A stretch of 64,000 bases of DNA from Marispirochaeta sp. GTDB taxonomy: Bacteria > Spirochaetota > Spirochaetia > JC444 > Marispirochaetaceae. The notes beneath the pieces are model-generated. The model had not been told where the DNA came from. It did no database searches and saw only the letters and a program-made list of their open reading frames with translations. Location of the stretch: the NCBI GenBank assembly GCA_963676835.2, contig CAXXFF010000004.1:32001-96000 (forward strand), written 5' to 3'. The position numbers and the translations under genes were made by a program. Positions 48,530-57,431 of the stretch are shown here, piece after piece (the stretch's first letter is position 1; each line of letters opens with the position of its first letter).

Positions 48530-49391
48530 ATTTCCTGAGGTAATTTCCATTCCCCTTGCGGACTGGATCGACGCAATAATGAGCTGGCTTCTGAAGAATC
48601 TGGACGGCTTTTTTGATGCAATCGGATTTGTCATTCTCCAGGTAATGATGGCCTTTGAAGCAATATTCACCATTACTCCCTGGCTCATCCTCATTCCCCT
48701 TACAGTACTTGCAGGCTGGAAACTGCTGGGACACCTGTATACCGGAATAGGCTTCGGCGTAATGCTCTTTCTGGTGGGGACCTTCGGATACTGGGAACTC
48801 GCCATGATGACCTTGAGCCTTGTTTTTGCAGCAGTTATTTTCTCGCTGCTTATCGGCCTTCCCCTGGGAATTGTAATGGCACGAAGTGACCGGGCTGAGT
48901 CCATACTGAAACCGGTACTGGACGGCATGCAGACCATGCCCTCCTTTGTCTACCTTATACCGGCCCTGATGTTTTTCGGACTTGGTAAGGTTCCGGCAAT
49001 TATTGCAACCATCATCTATGCGGTGCCGCCGGTAATCCGACTGACCAATGTGGGAATCCGCACTGTTGACCGCGAAGCAGTTGAAGCTGCCCGTGCCTTC
49101 GGCGCTACGCCCAAGATGGTTCTGTTTGATGTGCAGCTGCCCCTGGCAAAGCCTTCGATTATGGTCGGCGTAAACCAGACGACAATGATGGCCCTGGCCA
49201 TGGTAGTTATAGGCTCCATGATCGGTGCAAAAGGCCTTGGTATGGAAGTACTTCTGGCGATCAGCCGGATTGAGGTCGGAAAAGGATTTGAGGCTGGAAT
49301 CAGTATTGTGTTCCTGGCAATTATTATTGACCGCCTTACCCACTCTTTTGCTCAGTCCGACTACAGCAGCAAAGGCAAGAAAGAAGAGTAA
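48522..49391 (+). CDS. proW: Glycine betaine/proline ABC transporter permease
   Basis: LDGMQTMPSFVYLIP, EAARAFG, GVNQTTMMAL. Confidence 0.93.
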   Translation: MLEFPEVISIPLADWIDAIMSWLLKNLDGFFDAIGFVILQVMMAFEAIFTITPWLILIPLTVLAGWKLLGHLYTGIGFGVMLFLVGTFGYWELAMMTLSLVFAAVIFSLLIGLPLGIVMARSDRAESILKPVLDGMQTMPSFVYLIPALMFFGLGKVPAIIATIIYAVPPVIRLTNVGIRTVDREAVEAARAFGATPKMVLFDVQLPLAKPSIMVGVNQTTMMALAMVVIGSMIGAKGLGMEVLLAISRIEVGKGFEAGISIVFLAIIIDRLTHSFAQSDYSSKGKKEE

Positions 49392-49408
49392 AAACCAGGC
49401 ATTTAAAT

Positions 49409-49443
49409 AAAAAGCGGGGGAGCACGGCAACGCCGCGCTCCCC
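49409..49443. terminator. Terminator-like hairpin
   Basis: GGGGAGC...GCTCCCC after proW. Confidence 0.55.
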
Positions 49444-49695
49444 TAAAGAACGGATGGGACAGTGCTTTTTACAGGCAGTTTTCCAGGAAGAATAACCCTG
49501 CGCCGCAAATGCACAATAGAAGGTGCATGACTACCTTCGATATTGTAGAAAAACTCTAACATTGGTCCGACCAATCTGTCAAGTTTTATTTTACCGAGAA
49601 TGTCATAATCTACCCTTGACCTTTTACTGCCACTCGGGGTAGGAGTGTACTTATACAGTCCTACTAAGCTAAATCCCCTTACCAAGGAAAATATA

Positions 49696-51333
49696 ATGAT
49701 CAGTGCCAGTGATATAAGCCTTGCCTTTGGCGAACGATTTCTTTTTAAAAGCGTAAATATCAAATTTACCCCGGGAAACTGTTACGGTGTAATCGGCGCC
49801 AACGGTGCAGGTAAATCAACCTTTCTGAAAATCCTTTCCGGAGAAATTTCCGCCGATTCCGGGGACATTATCACCTCTCCCGGCGAGCGGATCGCCGTAC
49901 TTCAGCAGGACCAGTTTGCCTTCGATGAGTTTCCTGTAATGGATACGGTTATCATGGGGCACAAAAAGCTCTATGAAATCATGGAAGAAAAGAACGCCAT
50001 CTATGCCAAGGAAGACTTCACCGAAGAAGACGGTATGCGTGCATCAGAACTGGAAGGTGAATTTGCCGAAATGGGCGGATGGGAAGCTGAATCGGAAGCA
50101 GCTCAGCTCCTGAGCGGCCTTGGAATATCCGAGGACCTGCACACCAAAGATATGAAAGACCTTGAAAGTGTACTCAAGGTGCGGGTACTGCTTGCACAGG
50201 CACTATTCGGCGATCCGGACATCCTCCTTTTGGATGAGCCCACCAACAACCTCGACCTGGAGTCAATTTCTTGGCTGGAAGAGTTTCTCTATAACTTCAA
50301 AAATACGGTTATCGTAGTATCCCACGATAGACACTTTCTTAATAAAGTCTGTACCCATATCGCTGATATCGACTACGGCAAGATCACCATGTTTGTAGGT
50401 AACTATGATTTCTGGTATATGGCCAGCCAGCTTGCCCGCAAGCAGATGCGGGATGAAAAGAAACGCAGGGAAGACAAAATCTCTGAATTGAAGGAATTTA
50501 TTCAGCGCTTTAGTTCAAATGCGTCCAAGGCGCGTCAGGCTACCAGCAGGAAGAAAGAGATCGACAAGCTGACCATAGATGATATTAAACCTTCCTCACG
50601 GCGGTTTCCCTGGGTAGGCTTTACCCCCCAGCGGGAGAGCGGAAAAAGCATACTCAATATAGACAGCCTGACAAAATCACTGGAAGGTGAAGATGTTCTG
50701 AAAGGCTTCAACCTGACCGTGGACAAGGGTGACAAAATTGCCTTTGTCGGTCCCTATCATCAGGCTAAAACCACCTTGTTTGAAATTTTAATGGGAAGAA
50801 TGGAGCCGGACAGCGGCGGTTTTGAACTTGGAGTTACCATAACCCCCGCCTATTTCCCCAAGGATAACAGTGAATACTTTACCCAGGATATTCCCATTGT
50901 GGATTGGCTGCGTCAGTATACCGATGCGGATGCGGAAGAATCCTATGTCCGGGGATTCCTGGGGCGGATGCTTTTTTCCGGAGAAGAATCCCTCAAATCT
51001 GTCAAAGTACTGTCGGGAGGGGAAAAGGTCCGCTGTATGCTCTCAAAGATGATGCTTTCCGAAGCGAACTTCATGATCTTTGATGAACCGACCAACCACC
51101 TGGATCTGGAATCCATCAACGCCCTTAATAACGGCCTTATTGATTATAAAGAAGCCCTTCTTTTTACCAGTCATGACCACCAGTTTGTCGATACCGTGGC
51201 AAACCGCATAATCGAGTTTACCCCCGGCGGCGTTATCGACCGGCGCATGAAGCTGGATGATTACCTGGCATCAGCAGATGTCCGCAGTCAGCGGGACGAT
51301 CTCTACCACGATCACCGCAACCTGGTTATCTGA
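49696..51333 (+). CDS. ABC-F family ATPase (YbiT/YkpA-like)
   Basis: Two ABC cassettes (GANGAGKST/LLDEPTN/SHD; LSGGE/FDEPTNHLD/SHD), linker FSSNASKARQATSR, no TM. Confidence 0.92.
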   Translation: MISASDISLAFGERFLFKSVNIKFTPGNCYGVIGANGAGKSTFLKILSGEISADSGDIITSPGERIAVLQQDQFAFDEFPVMDTVIMGHKKLYEIMEEKNAIYAKEDFTEEDGMRASELEGEFAEMGGWEAESEAAQLLSGLGISEDLHTKDMKDLESVLKVRVLLAQALFGDPDILLLDEPTNNLDLESISWLEEFLYNFKNTVIVVSHDRHFLNKVCTHIADIDYGKITMFVGNYDFWYMASQLARKQMRDEKKRREDKISELKEFIQRFSSNASKARQATSRKKEIDKLTIDDIKPSSRRFPWVGFTPQRESGKSILNIDSLTKSLEGEDVLKGFNLTVDKGDKIAFVGPYHQAKTTLFEILMGRMEPDSGGFELGVTITPAYFPKDNSEYFTQDIPIVDWLRQYTDADAEESYVRGFLGRMLFSGEESLKSVKVLSGGEKVRCMLSKMMLSEANFMIFDEPTNHLDLESINALNNGLIDYKEALLFTSHDHQFVDTVANRIIEFTPGGVIDRRMKLDDYLASADVRSQRDDLYHDHRNLVI

Positions 51334-52399
51334 TTTTTCGCACCGCAGAAAATGAAACAAGGATGTCCGGCCCTTCATGGGTCAGGGCATCCTCTTCAAA
51401 ATAACACTGAAACTCCCACGGTCCCCGGATATATCTGGCTCCCACAAGCAGAGAGGTAACGGGCAGCTCAAACTGATCTGCCCAGGTAAACAGGGAATGG
51501 TTCAATTCCGCATCAGAGCGAAGGGGAGATGAGTTGATCCTTGTCTGAAGAAAATAGCTCCAGAACCCTTCTGGTCTCCACTCAAAAGCTGCCATACTCT
51601 GACTTATGGGATAGGGATCAGCTTCCCCGGATGAAAACAGAAGCTCGCCGGGAATAACAAGCCCCTGCTGCAGGTGCAGTACAAAGCTTTTCCCCAGCGC
51701 CCTCTCCCAGAGAATCTGCAAACCTGTATCAATATACCCGTTTCCTGCGGGAGTCCCTTTACTGCCCGTAGGCAGTTCCAGAGCCCAGGCGAGAGCCAGG
51801 GCGGAATCACGGTTTTCGTAAAGCGTACGGATTCCGTAAACCTCGGTATCCCCCAAAAGAATTCCGGCGCCCTGCTGCTCTATCTGCACTCCATTACTGT
51901 TTTGGACTGAAATTGTTGCCCCCCCCTGGGGGAAGTACTCCCGGGAGGCATTAGGGAGGTGAAACAAGCTGTGAAATCCTTCTATGACCGGATCGAATAC
52001 TCCGCCATAGTAGCTGTACAGCCGAAAAGTCAGCCCCATACGGTGATGAGCACCGAACTGTCTGCTGATGCCTGCCTCAAGAACCAGGCTTTCATAATCC
52101 ATGGCGGTAAGCTCTTCCGCCCTGCTTTCGCTCAGGCGTCCGTCCGCATCGAGGGTTTCATAATCGGGGTTAAAGGTGTATCCACGAAACTCATTGCTGT
52201 AGTAACTGCGGCTTTCAAGAACAAGTCCTTCCCGGTTGCCTTCCCGGGCAGAAAACCCCGGAAAACAGTAGTAAGTCTGATGAACCGCATCCAGTAGTTT
52301 GCCTTTCAAAGGACCGGAAGAAACATCAGTATCGACAGCAAATACCGGCGAATATGCAAGCAGAAAACAGGGAAGAAGCAGCATTTTGGCAAAAGACAT
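51326..52399 (-). CDS. Putative outer-membrane protein (DUF3187-like)
   Basis: Signal peptide, GGVFDPVIEGFHSLFHLP, LELPTG, EED...PD. Confidence 0.65.
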   Translation of the reverse strand: MSFAKMLLLPCFLLAYSPVFAVDTDVSSGPLKGKLLDAVHQTYYCFPGFSAREGNREGLVLESRSYYSNEFRGYTFNPDYETLDADGRLSESRAEELTAMDYESLVLEAGISRQFGAHHRMGLTFRLYSYYGGVFDPVIEGFHSLFHLPNASREYFPQGGATISVQNSNGVQIEQQGAGILLGDTEVYGIRTLYENRDSALALAWALELPTGSKGTPAGNGYIDTGLQILWERALGKSFVLHLQQGLVIPGELLFSSGEADPYPISQSMAAFEWRPEGFWSYFLQTRINSSPLRSDAELNHSLFTWADQFELPVTSLLVGARYIRGPWEFQCYFEEDALTHEGPDILVSFSAVRKIR

Positions 52400-52441
52400 A
52401 ATACTGTAAGGATTACGTGTTAGCCCTGCCCTGTCAACCGA

Positions 52442-53524
52442 TCAGTAGAGAGTTCTGATCAGGCTTCTTACATCTTCTGCCTCTTCGGGTTTCTGCACTA
52501 CCGTCTGCAGAACAAGCCCGTCAGGCGAAAGCTCTTTAGCGGCCAGCCTGAAATCATCTGCGGTCAAAGGTCCACGGATATAGAGCAACCTTCCTGCATC
52601 CTGAATCCGCTTCAGGTAGGGCATCATCTGGGGAAGATCCATCTCGCAGATATCCTTGTTGATCTGAAAAATATCCAGATTTTTAATTTCGAGAAAACTT
52701 TCCAGAAGGAAAAGAGAAGCAGAATGAATGTGCATCATGCTGTAGGGATATGCATCTGCAATCTTGCTGTCATATGCAAGCACAATATCCCGGTACAGGT
52801 CCGGGGAATATACCGCAGTGGAATCTTCCTGCATACGCACCAATGGACCGGGGGCCCACATGTTGTACTGCTCTATATAGTAACCGCCGTGAAAATCACC
52901 GGCTGCCTCATGATGAAGTCCTACAACCCGTATGAGTGCATCTGCGCACAGCTCACAGGCTTTCCGGGAAAGCTCAGGCTCTGCCATACAATCCATCAGA
53001 CTCTCCGTATGTCCGCGGAGCATACCGAAAAGATCGGTAACACCTCTGAGTATGGGAAGCCCAACAGGAAAGCGCCCCCCTGCCTGAATAGAGAGTTCAC
53101 GAACAAAGGACAGATATGTTGTGAGCCAGATATTGCTTTTTTCAACTTTCAGCCGGTCAATATCCTCCCAGCTCAAACCTCGTTCATCTGCCCAGACACT
53201 ATCCCGGTTTCGGCGGAGGTTTGCCCCGAGAATCGCTTCCATCCAGGGAATAGCCGAGATAGGGCATACACCTTTGATGAGATCGTCTTCAGTCTCCAGA
53301 GAGCGTGAAAAGAAATCCTCATAATCATTGAGACACTCATCCGGATCAAGCATGGAGCTGGAGATATTCCCTCCGTCGGGTATTCCCGAAAGTGATGAAA
53401 AACGCTGAAAGGGAAACCAGCCGCCCACATCTACTCCAACAAGGGGCCGTACAGCTCTTTTTCGATTCCAGAAATCCATATATGCGGATAGTTTTTCTTC
53501 CAGGCGGTTGTCCTCAACAGGCAT
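52442..53524 (-). CDS. Uroporphyrinogen decarboxylase/methyltransferase (URO-D/CIMS fold) family protein
   Basis: GVTDLFGMLRG, QEDSTAVYSP..YRD..L, MHIHS; AAGGAG RBS. Confidence 0.7.
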   Translation of the reverse strand: MPVEDNRLEEKLSAYMDFWNRKRAVRPLVGVDVGGWFPFQRFSSLSGIPDGGNISSSMLDPDECLNDYEDFFSRSLETEDDLIKGVCPISAIPWMEAILGANLRRNRDSVWADERGLSWEDIDRLKVEKSNIWLTTYLSFVRELSIQAGGRFPVGLPILRGVTDLFGMLRGHTESLMDCMAEPELSRKACELCADALIRVVGLHHEAAGDFHGGYYIEQYNMWAPGPLVRMQEDSTAVYSPDLYRDIVLAYDSKIADAYPYSMMHIHSASLFLLESFLEIKNLDIFQINKDICEMDLPQMMPYLKRIQDAGRLLYIRGPLTADDFRLAAKELSPDGLVLQTVVQKPEEAEDVRSLIRTLY

Positions 53525-53560
53525 CCTCAACTCCTTTCGTGTCTGAAAACCGGAGAAAGC

Positions 53561-53595
53561 CCGTCTGCGGCTTAAAAGAACAGAGCCGCAGACGG
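53561..53595. other. Intercistronic 12-bp hairpin
   Basis: CCGTCTGCGGCT...AGCCGCAGACGG between tctC and the URO-D-like gene. Confidence 0.65.
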
Positions 53596-53616
53596 AGTAC
53601 TTACATTTTATCAGGA

Positions 53617-54615
53617 TTATTTAGCAGAGAGGATCATCTCTTTGTAGGAGTTGAACACATCTTCCTGCTTATTGATGTATTCCAGAGCCTTCTGGGGAGG
53701 CATATAGGTTGGATCTACAAGAAGTTTACCATTAGCTTCCTTAACATATTCGGGGTTGTTTACTACCCGTTCCAGGGCCTGGGTAAACTTGGTTACGATC
53801 GCCTGAGGAGTTCCCGGAGGAAAGGAGTAGAAGAAAAATTTACTGAAAGCAATATCGAATCCCTGCTCCATGAAGGTAGGTACATCGGGGAACTGAGGAT
53901 TACGATTCTCGGAAAGAACACCAAGAGCCTTAAACTGACCTTTGGCAATATAATCCTTCACGAGGCCGTACTGAGTACCGATTATGTCGATCTGTTTTCC
54001 CAGCAGGGCTGCTGTTTTCTTGGCGGCGCCGCCGATGTCAACAATGTTCAGCTCAATATCTGCAGCATCAGAATAGGCAAGCACCTGCAGATGGGTAAAC
54101 GCTCCGGCCTCGGTGGCAAACTTCAGGGATCTTGGATTAGCCTGGAGTATCTTCTGCACATCCTTCATATTGTTAAAGGGAGCTTCCGCATTGGCAACAA
54201 AAACATTGGTCTGGTCAAGAACAGCAAGACCTGCATTCTCAAAATCCCGGGCTGTGTAATCGACCATTCCCATCAGCTTATTGAGCAGCATTGATGGATG
54301 GAAAAAAAGTACTGTGTATCCGTCAGGAGCAGAATCCTTCACCTTTCTGGATCCGAGAGTTCCACCAGCTCCGCCGACGTTAACAACAACGACTGATGTA
54401 TCCAGCTCTTTTTCCAGATATTTTGCCAGAATACGGCTGTTACCATCAGTATCGCCGCCGGCGCCTGCAGGCACAATCACCTGGATTGGTTTTGAAGGAT
54501 AATTTGCAGCTGCATCTGCTGAAGCAGTCTGTCCACTATCCTGCTGTCCATTGGCAAACAGCCCGGATACAGCAATAAGTGCTACCATCATGACCAGAAT
54601 AAGAATTTTTTTCAT
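53617..54615 (-). CDS. tctC: Tripartite tricarboxylate transporter solute-binding protein
   Basis: YPSKPIQVIVP.GAGGDTD, NVGGAGG, PDGYT, PDVPT. Confidence 0.94.
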   Translation of the reverse strand: MKKILILVMMVALIAVSGLFANGQQDSGQTASADAAANYPSKPIQVIVPAGAGGDTDGNSRILAKYLEKELDTSVVVVNVGGAGGTLGSRKVKDSAPDGYTVLFFHPSMLLNKLMGMVDYTARDFENAGLAVLDQTNVFVANAEAPFNNMKDVQKILQANPRSLKFATEAGAFTHLQVLAYSDAADIELNIVDIGGAAKKTAALLGKQIDIIGTQYGLVKDYIAKGQFKALGVLSENRNPQFPDVPTFMEQGFDIAFSKFFFYSFPPGTPQAIVTKFTQALERVVNNPEYVKEANGKLLVDPTYMPPQKALEYINKQEDVFNSYKEMILSAK

Positions 54616-54680
54616 TATTCTCCTCCTAATTTTTTACGGAATCCAGCAAATCGCTGAACTTTACCGCTATCCATGGATAA

Positions 54681-54696
54681 TGCAATAGTTGTGCCA
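54681..54696 (-). promoter_or_regulatory. Sigma54 promoter of tctC
   Basis: Minus-strand TGGCACAACTATTGCA. Confidence 0.88.
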
Positions 54697-54863
54697 TACT
54701 TAATCGAGCATCTTTTCAGGTGAAATAAATTACTGTGATAAAACAAAATACCTTTGAGCAGTTTAAATATCCCGGATTCACACCAGGAAGCATTTTGTTT
54801 CAATTCGTCTCATTGCTGAAACTAAAAGTTGTCCCCTGAATATCTCCATGATAGAATCAGATC

Positions 54864-56792
54864 ATGATCAAGCTGCTGTTTATCAGCCCCAACGAAAGTC
54901 TGGGGAGGAAATTCAGCCAGATATTCAACGAACACCATAGTACCGTGCAGCAGGCTGAGTACAACAGAGACAGTTTCGAACTGGAAGTAAAGGTTGTACG
55001 TCAAGTAGAAGAGATTGAAAACCTGGCGTTGAATGCCGATGTGGTTGTCTCCCGCGGATTCTTTACCCTTGTACTGCAGAGGAAGGAATATTTCATTCCT
55101 GTTGTTGACCTGCCTCTGGCTGCAGGTGACGTTGTCAGGAGTATCCAGAAGGCAATCAGCCTGTATAATCCGGAACGTATTGCAATTGTCGGGTCTGCAA
55201 ATATGGTGATGGGGGCCAACGGGCTGTCAGATATTTTCGGCCGGGAAATCCGGCAGTATATAATCCAGCAGCAGAATGAAATTATCGAAAGTATTAAACA
55301 GATAAAAGCAGATGGAATAGACACAGTAGTAGGCGGCACTTTGACCAACGAGTATGCCGCTGAATATGGTCTGAACTCGGTTACCCTGGACTCAGAAAGA
55401 GAGTCTATCTGGTACAGTATAACCCAGGCAAAAAGGCTTGCGTATATCTCACGCCAGGAACAGCTGAAAGGCCAGAATCTCCTGGCAGTATTCAACAGTG
55501 CCGTAGAGGGTATCATTACCATCGATAAAGATAACAGGATTGAGGTTCTCAACCTTGCCGCGGGCAGAATACTCAATCTGAGCCCCGCACTTACTGTCGG
55601 CCGATTGATAGACGAAGTTCTTACCGATCCGGGAATTAAAAACATTCTTTCAAAACCTGAAAATATTAAAAACGAACTGATAAAACATAATGAAAGCCCT
55701 ATTACCATCAGCAGTTCTCCCATAACTATCCGTGGAGAAGTCATAGGCAGATTGCTGATAGTCCAGGAAATAGCACAGATACAGGCACTTGAATCAAAAA
55801 TCCGAAAAAAGATTTATCAGCGAGGCCACATTGCCCACAACACATTCAGAAGCATCATCGGCAGCAGTACATTAATTCATTCCATTATAGAAAAAGCAAA
55901 GAAATACAGCCTGGTAGATTCCAATATCCTCATTGTTGGAGAAACCGGAACCGGGAAGGAACTTTTTGCCCAGAGCATACATAATCACAGCCCCAGAAAG
56001 CATGGGCCTTTTGTGGCCGTAAACTGCGCGGCCCTTCCGGAAAGCCTGCTGGAAAGCGAACTCTTCGGCTATGAAAAAGGTGCCTTCACCGGAGCATCGA
56101 AAGACGGGAAACCCGGCCTTTTCGAGCAGGCCCATCTGGGAACCCTCTTTCTGGATGAAATTTCAGAAATTCCTCATCCCCTGCAGGGCAGGCTGCTCAG
56201 GGCAATTCAGGAAAAAGAGATCCGCAGGCTCGGGGATGACCGGGTAATTCCGGTTGATGTCAGAATTATATCCGCATCCAACCGGGACCTTTACCAGCTT
56301 ACCGCCGAGCAGAGTTTCAGGGAAGACCTCTATTATCGGCTGGATATTCTGAAGCTCATGCTCCCAAGCCTGAGAGAAAGAAAAGACGACATCCAGGCCC
56401 TTCTCGAATTCTGGCTGAAAGAATATGGGCTTAAGTTTAAGAACATTCCCGTAACAATGACTCCTCAGGGGATCGAGCAACTCCGTCAATACAGCTGGCC
56501 GGGGAATATCCGTCAATTGAAAAATATTTGCGAACGGCTTGTTGTCCTCACAGACAGCAGTATTATCCGTGATTCAGAGGTTAATGAAATACTCGGCATG
56601 ATCCCGACCCGTGATATGGAGCGTTTTCAAGCCATACCTGCACCTGGCATTTCCATGATTGATATGCTTGAGAAAGAACAGATTTACACAGCCCTGGCTA
56701 AATGTTCCTTTAATAAACACAAAGCTGCAGAACACCTGGGGATAAGCCGCTCCACCCTCTGGAGAAAAATCAAGCGGCTGGAGGTTCTTTGA
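54864..56792 (+). CDS. Sigma54-dependent activator, PrpR-like
   Basis: VSRG, PAS, GETGTGKE, GAFTGA, FLDE, WPGNIRQL, LGISRSTLWRK. Confidence 0.93.
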   Translation: MIKLLFISPNESLGRKFSQIFNEHHSTVQQAEYNRDSFELEVKVVRQVEEIENLALNADVVVSRGFFTLVLQRKEYFIPVVDLPLAAGDVVRSIQKAISLYNPERIAIVGSANMVMGANGLSDIFGREIRQYIIQQQNEIIESIKQIKADGIDTVVGGTLTNEYAAEYGLNSVTLDSERESIWYSITQAKRLAYISRQEQLKGQNLLAVFNSAVEGIITIDKDNRIEVLNLAAGRILNLSPALTVGRLIDEVLTDPGIKNILSKPENIKNELIKHNESPITISSSPITIRGEVIGRLLIVQEIAQIQALESKIRKKIYQRGHIAHNTFRSIIGSSTLIHSIIEKAKKYSLVDSNILIVGETGTGKELFAQSIHNHSPRKHGPFVAVNCAALPESLLESELFGYEKGAFTGASKDGKPGLFEQAHLGTLFLDEISEIPHPLQGRLLRAIQEKEIRRLGDDRVIPVDVRIISASNRDLYQLTAEQSFREDLYYRLDILKLMLPSLRERKDDIQALLEFWLKEYGLKFKNIPVTMTPQGIEQLRQYSWPGNIRQLKNICERLVVLTDSSIIRDSEVNEILGMIPTRDMERFQAIPAPGISMIDMLEKEQIYTALAKCSFNKHKAAEHLGISRSTLWRKIKRLEVL

Positions 56793-56898
56793 AACAGAGT
56801 GACACAAATTGAAACGCTTTCGTCATATTTATATCGCACTGAAAAGTGGAATTCACATAATCTCTTTCCCTGAAACAAGTTAACACATAGCATCGATT

Positions 56899-56913
56899 TG
56901 GCATATTTATTGC
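56899..56913 (+). promoter_or_regulatory. Sigma54 promoter of tctBA
   Basis: TGGCATATTTATTGC. Confidence 0.82.
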
Positions 56914-56943
56914 TTCCAAGTAAGGTAATAGAACAAGGAGGAT

Positions 56944-57420
56944 ATGGTGACATATAAACGTGATCTGGCAAGCGGGGTAGGACTGCTTATTTTCTCGGTT
57001 CTGCTGTTTCTTGCAACTTTTACAATAAAAAAACTGTTTATTGTATCAAGAATCGGGGCAGCATTTGTTCCCCAGCTTGCAGCAGTAATACTTGCAGGTT
57101 TAAGCATTATGTTGATTGCTCAGTCGCTTCACAGGAAGAACCTGGCAGAAACAGATGACAATCCGACGGAGAAGGTGATAATCAATCGTTCGGTATGGCT
57201 CTCCATCGGACTGCTTGTCATCTATGGCGCCCTTCTCGGACCTCTGGGATTTATTCTGTCCACCATAGGCTATCTGTTCTGTCAGATTTTTATTCTCTTC
57301 GGCAACAGGAAAAAGCCCCTGGTTAAAATACTTCTGACCTCCGTGCTGGCATCTATAATTGTCTACCTTATTTTTGTGTATGCCTTCGAACTGATGCTGC
57401 CCGCAGGGCTTTTAGGATAG
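56944..57420 (+). CDS. tctB: TTT small membrane subunit
   Basis: 4 TM helices, GAAFVP, LGF, LPAG; precedes tctA. Confidence 0.9.
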   Translation: MVTYKRDLASGVGLLIFSVLLFLATFTIKKLFIVSRIGAAFVPQLAAVILAGLSIMLIAQSLHRKNLAETDDNPTEKVIINRSVWLSIGLLVIYGALLGPLGFILSTIGYLFCQIFILFGNRKKPLVKILLTSVLASIIVYLIFVYAFELMLPAGLLG

Positions 57421-57431
57421 GGAGGAGTTCA

